From: a virus
DNA: 64,000 nt
Reading direction: 5' to 3' (one strand)
IMG/VR virus record: IMGVR_UViG_3300045973_000529
Span: 1 to 64,000 of that record
Shown: positions 18,901-25,827 of the stretch, piece after piece
Position numbering within the stretch: position 1 is the first letter of the stretch
How the letters are laid out: each line of letters opens with the position of its first letter
The notes under the pieces: generated by a model
Database searches by the model: none
Told to the model about the DNA's origin: nothing
Seen by the model: the letters and a program-made list of their open reading frames with translations, nothing else
Program-made: the position numbers and the translations under genes

Positions 18901-21900
18901 GAGAACATTTCCAGACCACCGAGGATGTCAGTGCCCGAAGATGCGGTGTTGTTCGTGCGCATGATAGCACGACCAGCGTCGAAGATTTCGATCTTGCGGT
19001 TTGCAGCTGCTGCGCCAATACCCAGACCAACGCTATCAACACGCATGCGTTCGCTGCCGTTCGTGTAGAACGTGATCGGATTTGCGCCAGATACGAATAC
19101 TGCGGCTTGGCTTGCACCAACAGAGTTCGCAGTACCGCGCATGATGACGCCAGCAGTGTCAGTGCCATTGCTCAATGTCAGGCGCGCATCAGCAGAAACA
19201 CCAGCATTGGCATTCGTCACCGTGACGCCAACATTCGCGTTCGCCGTCTTCGTGATGGCGAGGTCACCCGTCATCGTGTCACCAGTGATGTCAACGTACG
19301 TGCCGCCGAGGACCGACGCAAAGTTCAGATCCGTCAGGACCTTCTGCCATGCCGTCCAGGTTTCAACGTTTGGCGTGCCAGCCGTCCAGTTGCTGATCTT
19401 GCGGAAGTAGAAATCGGTGTTGCTCGTTGCGTTGTTCGAGAACAGCTGGAATGAACCCATTGCCGAAGCAGAGCTGGATGATGAACGACGAGCTTCAAGC
19501 GCGATACCAGCAGCCGTCTGGAAGTTCGTCGAACCAGTGGTGTTCGTCAACAGCAACAGACCAGGATTGCGTTCAGTGTTCGCGTCAACAACGTTGAAAG
19601 CATTCACAGAACCAGTGAACGAACCACCAGTGATGGTGCCAGTTGCAAAGATCGTGCCAGACGTCGTGACGTTACCTGTGCCAGCACGGATGTTGAACGT
19701 GTTGGTTGCCGTGCCTGGGTTGTAGATGTAGAAGCCAGAGTTGGTAGACGTACCAGTCGAACCGCGGTGCATGCGGATGATGGACTCATCGACAGACGTG
19801 GCTGGGAAGGCGTCAATGTCAACGAATGCCTGTGCAGCGTTTTGGTAACCTTCGATCGAGGCGCCACCAGTCGATGATGCCGCATTGAAGATACCATAGC
19901 CACCAGCAGTGATGGACGAAACACGGATGTTGCCAAGAACTTCCAGTGCATCAGCAGGAGCAGTTGAACCAGTGCCGATACCGACGAAGCCAGCGCTCGA
20001 GATGCGCATACGCTCCGTCATCGCACCACCAGTTGTCTCCGTAGCGAATACCAGATTGCCGCCAGCAGCAGCTTCGCGAACAGCGTAGATTGATGAGTTA
20101 CCACCGCCACCGCCAATGTCGAAGTACACTGATGGGCTGACGTGTCCATTGCTTGCACCATCGCGGTTCAGCACCAGACCTGGGATGACCGATGACGATG
20201 CAGCGGTGTTGTCACGGATGTAAGCGACACCTTGAGTTCCATGTGCAGTGCCGTTCACAGCAAGCTTCGCCACGAACGCCGTCGTACCGATTTGGACGTT
20301 GCCAGAAGCGTCGACACGCAGGCGCTCAGTGCCACCGGTACCGATCGCGAGGGTGTTCGCAATGTCAGCAGTGGTGAATGAGTACGATGGGGAGACTACT
20401 GAACCAGATGGTGCAGTGCCAGCGTCAAGTGACAGGGTCGGAACAGCAGTTGCCAGCGAGACAGAGACCTCGACGTGGTACGGCATCGTGTTCGCTGCGT
20501 GACCGAAGCGGAGGTACGAAATACCAGTTGCCGTGTCGTGGTACCACACAGTGCTGAAGGTACCGCCAATGGAGCCAGCAACGTCAGCGCCAACCTGCGA
20601 GTGCACGGTGAAGTACGAGTTTGCACCAGTTCCGCCGCCAGAGCGAACGACCTTGAACTCATGCCATCCACCATTCGTGCCAGTTGCGTCGCTCAGTGAG
20701 CGTTGATTTGCAACCCGAACCGTGCCAACCCAGCCGTTTGCCAGAGGACCAGGGAAGGTCAGGAGCAAACGCTTGCCTGCGACTGCATCAGCATTCGCAA
20801 GGGATTGAGTGAACGATGTGGTGGTGAATTGGCCTGCGGTGATGGAACCATCAGCGCTGATGCGCATACGTTCCACTGGAATCACAGTACCATCTGGTGA
20901 CGTGGAGAATACCAGACGACCTGGAACATCGCCAACACCAGGAGTGCCGTCAACGAAGGCAGTGATTTCGGCTGATGGGCCAATCAGTGTGGCACCATCG
21001 GCGCCACTGAACTTGATCGAACCCAGAGTGTCGTTGGCTTGCACGATTGTGACGGCACCAGCGGTGGTGCCACGCGACTTGCCGAGCGAGATGACTGGTT
21101 GCAATGAATCAGCAGTGTTGCGAACGATAGACAGACCAGCAGTGGTGCCACCTTCGAGCTGCATCATCCGGGAACCACCAGCAACTGACTGCAGAGTCGA
21201 CGTGCCGATGAGAACGTTACCAGCACTGTCAAGGCGCATGCGTTCTGTCAGAACACCACTCGTTGTGTCAGTGCTGATGACCAGATTGCCACCAGTACCA
21301 CCTTCACGAATCGTGTGCAGCGAAGCATTGCCGCCACCTGAACCGACGTCGAAGAACAGAGATGGCGAAGTGAAGCCAGTACCACCACCATCACGCTGCA
21401 GGGAGATACCTGGTTGCGCTGTGGCTGAAGCTGCCGTTGTGTCCTTGACGAACATGACACCGAATGTGCTGTTTGCCGCGGCATAAACGTTGATGCCAGG
21501 GGCGGTTGTAGCAGCCAGAGCAGCATTACCAACATTCAGACGACCAGCGCTGTCGATGCGAACGTGCTCAGTTGCTGAGACGAAACCATCAGCAGTGGTT
21601 GCAAACGACAAGCGACCTGGCATGTCGTCAGTACCTGGGGTGCCGTCAACCGATGCGAAGATCCGTGCCGTTTCGACGAACTTGGCACCATCGGAACCGA
21701 GGAAGTTCAGACCACCAACAGTGTCGCCGCTTGCAACGATAGTGTGGGTGCCGACTGCCGCGCCGCGCGACTTCGAGAAGAACGTGGCTGGGTAAGAGAC
21801 GTCAGCTTGCCAACGCGACAGACCGAGCGAAGAAGTTCCAACCGTGGCACCAGCAACTTGCAATGTTGGAGTGACCGATGTAACACCAACGCGAGTCGCG

Positions 21901-23990
21901 ACAGCACCATTTGCGCCGCCGGTTGATACCGACAAGACGCCACTGCTGTTCAACCGCATCTGCTCGGCGCCGTTGTTCACGAACAACAGACCCGTGAGCG
22001 CGGTGTCGATGCCACCGATGTACAGCAGATCAGACGCATTCAGACCGAAGAGACGAGTTCCGGCGGCGGCGACAGTCTTCGAACGCAGATACACAGCGTT
22101 GTCGAGGATCAGGTCACCAGACATTGTGTCGCCAGTGACGTTCACGTACTCACTGTCAACCAGCGCCGTGATGTCGCCAGCCACAACAGCTGTCGTGCCA
22201 GAGACGCGACCAAACGTGTCGACCGTGACCTTCTTGAAAGTGCCGGTGCCAGCATCAGTGACCGTTGCCAGATCGATGTTGTCAGCATTCACAACGATGC
22301 GAGCCGTCGAGGCGGTGCCAACGTTGAACGCGTTGCCTGATTGCGACAGACCTGCACCTGCAGTGTAAGAACCAGCAGCAGAGAACTGTACGAACGTGAT
22401 CGGGTCGGTACCAATCGTCGACACGGCAGCAGTTTGTGTCCAGCCAGTGTCAGCGTTGGTGGTACCAGAAGTGACGAACACGGCAGCAGAATTCACCTCG
22501 TCGATTGGAGCGGTGTTGTCGAAGTCGGTTGCACGTGTCCATGCGCCAGCTGCAACGACATAGACGCCGTTCTGCGAGGTAGTGGTCTGGTTCTTGACGA
22601 GAACGCGATCAGCTGCAACAACAGCAACGCCGTCGATCGTCTGGGTACCGGACAAGGTGATGTTCGCGGTCGTAGCGACCTTGACTGGGAGCTTCCAAGT
22701 CAGACCAAGCACCGCATTGTCGACGTAGTTCTTGGTGGCGAGATGCGCAGCAGCAGTTGGATCAACGCCAGTGACAGCATTGCTGAACGTCCAGGTACCA
22801 GCGACTGTTTCGTTCGAACCAAGGCGTGCAAGCAGAGCACCGTCAGTGATCTGCGATTCAGAGATCTGGATGGAGGTGTTTGATGCAGCGGTAACAAGAC
22901 CCTTTGCATTCACCGTGAAGGTGCCAACCGAGTTCGCGGTACCGAAAGTGCCAGTGGTTGCGTTCACCGTTGCGAGAGTCAGAGCACCCGTAGCATTCGC
23001 AGAGCCGTTGAACGAGGTCGTCCAAGTAGCGTCACCAGTAGCGCTGATCGAGCGAGCCGTGGCGAGTGCAGTAGCCGTGTCAGCATTGCCGACCAGGTCA
23101 CCAGTGATAGCGTTCGAGAATGTCCAGCTGCCAGCGACTGTTTCGTTTGCAGCGAGGCGAGCAAGCAGCGCGCCATCGGTGATCTGCGTTTCAGCGATCT
23201 GGATGCTGGTGTTCGTGACCGAAGTCACCAGACCCTTGGCATTGATGGTGGTGACTGGCACCGCAGAAGCAGAACCATAGGTGCCTGCGGTCGCGACAGT
23301 TGCGAGAGTCAGCGAGACTGAAGTGGTGCCTGAACCAGAAACATCACCAGAGAAGTTGATGTTCTGATTGGCTGTCAGATAGGTGTTCGTGTCGAGCGTC
23401 CAGGTGTTGGCAGCTGTCTTCTTTGCGTAGCCAGTTGTACCAGCCAGGCCAGCAATTGCTGTCAGATCACCATCGAGCGGTTGCGCATCAGTGATGCCGT
23501 AGCCGGTCAGTGTCGTTGGATTCGTGCCAGAAGTGACAAGACCCTTGGAGTTGATGGTGACCGAGCGGTATGTGCCAGCCGTTGCCACATCAGCGAGGGT
23601 CAGTGCATCAGTGCCACCATCGATCGTGCCGGTGACGTCACCAGTGATCGTGTACGTTGCTGAACCACCGCCTGAACCGATTGCATTCCACGACGAACCG
23701 TTGTAGGCGTACAGGCCTTCATCAATTCCGTTCGAGTCGAGGTAGTACAGATCGCCTGCGTTTGCGGTGGCCGGCAGCGATGCGCCAACTGGCGCAGTCA
23801 AGCTGTCCGAGGAAGCGATACGGTCCCAAGAGCCGTTGATGTATGCGTGCAGTCCCTTGACGGTGATTGCAGTGTCTGTCCGGAAGAACAGCTCGCCCTC
23901 ATCCGGTGACGTTGGGAAGGAGGTGCCAGAGGCAACAACCAAGTTGGAGATGTTTGAGCCTTGAGCGAGTTGGATGCCGTCAATACGCAT
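15966..23990 (-). CDS. giant tail-fibre/adhesin protein (about 2674 aa)
   Basis: Start moved to ATG 23990 (GGGAAACACC-ATG). N-terminus paralogous to the 1525-aa fibre; four DGT/EGT..G..D.PGRLVF.T repeats; many ER(M/L)RI.S.G fibre repeats. Confidence 0.85.
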   Translation of the reverse strand: MRIDGIQLAQGSNISNLVVASGTSFPTSPDEGELFFRTDTAITVKGLHAYINGSWDRIASSDSLTAPVGASLPATANAGDLYYLDSNGIDEGLYAYNGSSWNAIGSGGGSATYTITGDVTGTIDGGTDALTLADVATAGTYRSVTINSKGLVTSGTNPTTLTGYGITDAQPLDGDLTAIAGLAGTTGYAKKTAANTWTLDTNTYLTANQNINFSGDVSGSGTTSVSLTLATVATAGTYGSASAVPVTTINAKGLVTSVTNTSIQIAETQITDGALLARLAANETVAGSWTFSNAITGDLVGNADTATALATARSISATGDATWTTSFNGSANATGALTLATVNATTGTFGTANSVGTFTVNAKGLVTAASNTSIQISESQITDGALLARLGSNETVAGTWTFSNAVTGVDPTAAAHLATKNYVDNAVLGLTWKLPVKVATTANITLSGTQTIDGVAVVAADRVLVKNQTTTSQNGVYVVAAGAWTRATDFDNTAPIDEVNSAAVFVTSGTTNADTGWTQTAAVSTIGTDPITFVQFSAAGSYTAGAGLSQSGNAFNVGTASTARIVVNADNIDLATVTDAGTGTFKKVTVDTFGRVSGTTAVVAGDITALVDSEYVNVTGDTMSGDLILDNAVYLRSKTVAAAGTRLFGLNASDLLYIGGIDTALTGLLFVNNGAEQMRLNSSGVLSVSTGGANGAVATRVGVTSVTPTLQVAGATVGTSSLGLSRWQADVSYPATFFSKSRGAAVGTHTIVASGDTVGGLNFLGSDGAKFVETARIFASVDGTPGTDDMPGRLSFATTADGFVSATEHVRIDSAGRLNVGNAALAATTAPGINVYAAANSTFGVMFVKDTTAASATAQPGISLQRDGGGTGFTSPSLFFDVGSGGGNASLHTIREGGTGGNLVISTDTTSGVLTERMRLDSAGNVLIGTSTLQSVAGGSRMMQLEGGTTAGLSIVRNTADSLQPVISLGKSRGTTAGAVTIVQANDTLGSIKFSGADGATLIGPSAEITAFVDGTPGVGDVPGRLVFSTSPDGTVIPVERMRISADGSITAGQFTTTSFTQSLANADAVAGKRLLLTFPGPLANGWVGTVRVANQRSLSDATGTNGGWHEFKVVRSGGGTGANSYFTVHSQVGADVAGSIGGTFSTVWYHDTATGISYLRFGHAANTMPYHVEVSVSLATAVPTLSLDAGTAPSGSVVSPSYSFTTADIANTLAIGTGGTERLRVDASGNVQIGTTAFVAKLAVNGTAHGTQGVAYIRDNTAASSSVIPGLVLNRDGASNGHVSPSVYFDIGGGGGNSSIYAVREAAAGGNLVFATETTGGAMTERMRISSAGFVGIGTGSTAPADALEVLGNIRVSSITAGGYGIFNAASSTGGASIEGYQNAAQAFVDIDAFPATSVDESIIRMHRGSTGTSTNSGFYIYNPGTATNTFNIRAGTGNVTTSGTIFATGTITGGSFTGSVNAFNVVDANTERNPGLLLLTNTTGSTNFQTAAGIALEARRSSSSSASAMGSFQLFSNNATSNTDFYFRKISNWTAGTPNVETWTAWQKVLTDLNFASVLGGTYVDITGDTMTGDLAITKTANANVGVTVTNANAGVSADARLTLSNGTDTAGVIMRGTANSVGASQAAVFVSGANPITFYTNGSERMRVDSVGLGIGAAAANRKIEIFDAGRAIMRTNNTASSGTDILGGLEMFSHNGTAFAVGAYLYHRGNTHSIDPNSVILNVVRSAPLIFSTNDIERTRWDGATGDITHLGQLTLSRGGNSTIARGNTSGYLSLSGGSDLNNGPNIQLGGSTSATFANLMVFRNGTNNLGVFTSGGTFIVSGTATAAVGAERILATHSNAGATATALAIQNTGTTSGSGTTMTLMANTNSTAPIALAGITGLATNATGSGDLVFSTALSGTGAFKGRITSGGTLIVGDDTAPISTEKLLVKNTTSGSTTLAAMFRNAGTTTGTGVQISFATATNFLAGVTLSAITSVATDALGTGDLTFGTSATASLSEKMRITGLGFVTIGSASDVAPRPVEIAGGNTSGSTNIVNIETVSANQYSGITIVRNDNATAQLGATINLARTRGAADGAVTVVTTGDTLGGIAFSGADGTDIRTNAAEILAMAEGTVGANVMPGRLVFSTTAAGGATPTERMRINSGGVVTIGTGTSRVLTSTAPMRLQVEAIDNNAGVSVTRNSADTAGGNYRFYKTRGTAVNTNTAVVSGDSLGHLTWFGADGTGPIPSVEIRGEVDGTPGTNDMPGRLVFYTTADGAATSTERARFDSAGRMLLGLTTTSSSSALQVQATATSGLGLSIYGRSADDISILNFYSNAGTEQARILVAQDDSMLFGNTAAATTRLVIDGATGVVVVGNASSSATPSAGTLRGTAGSGTDIAGAALTIAGGQSTGTGAGGSIVFQTSPTGGATSATANALTTRMTINTLGGVSINAASAGTTLSVGGVMNVAGIATFSGATTYTGFAAAQVVNYTGETTQFGMVFKPATSVATTRTISFLTSASTAGSPVELASIRHLASNASVDLTGTWTVGGNTIVTSATTAFTTITATGAVTSSGTAGVGYSTGAGGAATAQATSRTTGVTLNKICGSITLFSTTTTAGQVTTFTFTNSTIAATDVVHASVKTATGVYFVSVTATAAGSCNISVYSPAAVAVAEAPVLNFAVIKAVAA

Positions 23991-24022
23991 GGTGTTTCCC
24001 TGAGGGTAGATCAATCGATGGG

Positions 24023-24030
24023 CTATTTAG
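24023..24030 (-). promoter_or_regulatory. late-promoter-like motif CTAAATAG (leftward)
   Basis: Upstream of the giant fibre gene; back-to-back with the rightward copy. Confidence 0.7.
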
Positions 24031-24048
24031 TCCACCCCGTGCCGGCCC

Positions 24049-24056
24049 CTAAATAG
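24049..24056 (+). promoter_or_regulatory. late-promoter-like motif CTAAATAG (rightward)
   Basis: Upstream of ATG 24080. Confidence 0.7.
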
Positions 24057-24079
24057 CTGGAACCACTCTTGGGAACACC

Positions 24080-24355
24080 ATGAAACTGTCAGAACTCTTT
24101 GAATCGGCAATGGCTGATGCACACCTGGACGCACAGGAAACGCTGATGCAGAAGTTCAGTCTTGGGGATCACGATGCGGAGGACGTACTCGCCTTTGTGC
24201 TCGGTGATTCTGATTGGGAGGATCTCAGCGATGAGGCACGCGAAAAGCTGAACAGTCACTACCAGAAGACTCTGCCATACGGCGGCAGCAAGGATGACTC
24301 TGCCAATCCAGCCGAGTTCACACGCACTGCTCTGAAGAAGGAACTGGCGCTGTGA
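24080..24355 (+). CDS. small acidic late protein with MKLSELFE N-terminus
   Basis: 91 aa; GGGAACACC-ATG; downstream of the late motif. Confidence 0.8.
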   Translation: MKLSELFESAMADAHLDAQETLMQKFSLGDHDAEDVLAFVLGDSDWEDLSDEAREKLNSHYQKTLPYGGSKDDSANPAEFTRTALKKELAL

Positions 24356-25242
24356 AACTCATTGAGCTACTTTGCGAAGGTGGCAAGGCCACCGAGAAGC
24401 TTGGTACTGTCAGAGCGCGCAAAGAGGACTTCGATGCGGCCCTTGCCTTCGTGTCGAAGTACTCGGACATTGGGGTCGAGACTCTTCGGTCTCAACTGCT
24501 CGGTTCAGGCCGGCTAACGGCGGCGGGCAAGCAGGAAGACAGCGGAGACATCGACATTGCGATCGCTGAAGGCACTGTGGATCGAGACACTCTCGTCAAG
24601 CGGTTGACCAAGGCGACAGGGAATGCACCGCACGTGACTGGTGGTAGCACGTACTCTTTTGCCGTGCCGACCAGCAAGGGTCGAAAGGTTCAAGTCGATC
24701 TGATGCTGGTGCCGGACGTGAAGTGGGCGCTGTACAGTCATCACTCAGCTGAGGGCTCCAAGCACAAGAGCGGCGTTCGGAACGAACTGCTGCACTCAAC
24801 GCTGAAGTTCTCGATGGTGCCTGGTGAAGATGTCCGTGTCAAAGACGAGAACGGGAACGACATTGCCCGTGCTTCTCGCGCCTACAAGCTCGACAAGGGT
24901 GTGGAACGGATCTTCAAGATCGCTCCAGATCGCAAGGACGGCAAGGGTCGCGTCAAGAGCGTCGTGCACGCCACTCCTGATGAAGTTCGTGCAGTGCTCG
25001 GCAAGGAAGGTCGGCACGACAAGTTCAATCCTGAGGTCGACACAATCCGTGATCCAGACAAGTTCGCTGAGCTGCTCTTTGGCAAGGGTGCCAAGGCACA
25101 GAACACGATGAGCACCGAGCAGATGATCCAAATGATCAGCAAGTACCGCAAGAAGGACGCTGAGAAGATCTTTGCTGACGCGGTCAAGGGCATCGAGCGT
25201 CTGAAGTTCCCGGTTCCGGATGAGCTGAAGCAGTACGCGTAA
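24352..25242 (+). CDS. Pol-beta-superfamily nucleotidyltransferase-like late protein
   Basis: LLGSG...SGDIDIAI...KVQVDLML, i.e. the hG[GS]x..DhD..hD signature; MKLIELLCEGG N-terminus. Confidence 0.72.
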   Translation: MKLIELLCEGGKATEKLGTVRARKEDFDAALAFVSKYSDIGVETLRSQLLGSGRLTAAGKQEDSGDIDIAIAEGTVDRDTLVKRLTKATGNAPHVTGGSTYSFAVPTSKGRKVQVDLMLVPDVKWALYSHHSAEGSKHKSGVRNELLHSTLKFSMVPGEDVRVKDENGNDIARASRAYKLDKGVERIFKIAPDRKDGKGRVKSVVHATPDEVRAVLGKEGRHDKFNPEVDTIRDPDKFAELLFGKGAKAQNTMSTEQMIQMISKYRKKDAEKIFADAVKGIERLKFPVPDELKQYA

Positions 25243-25269
25243 CGGTCCTGTAACGGTGCCGGGATGGTG

Positions 25270-25275
25270 TACAAT
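25270..25275 (+). promoter_or_regulatory. sigma70-like -10 box TACAAT preceded by a GTAACGGT direct repeat
   Basis: GTAACGGT at 25239 and 25250; TG.TACAAT context; precedes 25299. Confidence 0.45.
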
Positions 25276-25298
25276 GTGAATACACTTCTGGAGAAGCA

Positions 25299-25574
25299 AT
25301 GGACCGCAAGACCGCCGCGTACTTCCGTGAATGCCCAGCCAAGCGTGGTCATGGTGCAGAGCGTAAAGCGCTGCTCACTGAACTGCTTGCCGAAGAGAAC
25401 ATGCACTGCCACATGATCATCATGACGATGACTGGCATGAGCCGCGAAGGCCGGCCCGAGTACCAGCCACCGCAGGAATGGCTCGACAAGCGCGCCGCCT
25501 GCGAAAAGCGGCTGGCGGAGCTGGAAGAAGCGCTCTCGAAGATCGTTGGTGAGCCGAAGCCGAGGCTCATGTGA
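25299..25574 (+). CDS. hypothetical protein
   Basis: GGAG RBS; 91 aa with C-terminal coiled-coil pattern. Confidence 0.7.
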   Translation: MDRKTAAYFRECPAKRGHGAERKALLTELLAEENMHCHMIIMTMTGMSREGRPEYQPPQEWLDKRAACEKRLAELEEALSKIVGEPKPRLM

Positions 25575-25768
25575 GGATCCCTAGGGAGTTCATGGAGATA
25601 CTCAAGCCGTACCTGGATCGGGGTGTCATCACCTTGGAGCAGGGCGGCAAGCATCTGAGGTACCGGCGCCCGGATGGGCACAAGCTCCCGATTCCGGGAT
25701 CGCCTGGCGACTACCGCACCCTGGCAAACTTCAAATGCCAAGCTCGGAGGTTCCTGAAGGACCTCTGA
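25571..25768 (+). CDS. HicA-like (dsRBD-fold) small protein
   Basis: GGKH.....PDG....P.SPGD.R...N pattern; GTG start overlaps the upstream TGA. Confidence 0.55.
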   Translation: MRIPREFMEILKPYLDRGVITLEQGGKHLRYRRPDGHKLPIPGSPGDYRTLANFKCQARRFLKDL

Positions 25769-25791
25769 CCACGCGGTGTAGAACCAATCAA

Positions 25792-25815
25792 CTCAGGGAC
25801 CGGAAGGTCCCTGAG
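25792..25815. terminator. perfect 10-bp hairpin between convergent genes
   Basis: CTCAGGGACC GGAA GGTCCCTGAG; near-identical to the 6839 hairpin in inverted orientation. Confidence 0.7.
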
Positions 25816-25827
25816 GCGCTTCTGGTG

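Noticed and set aside
8723-23964. Many long + strand ORFs (e.g. 13253..14815, 520 aa) opposite the fibre genes
   Set aside because: Val/Ala/Pro-rich antisense shadows of Thr/Ala/Gly-rich genes; no RBS, motifs or operon logic
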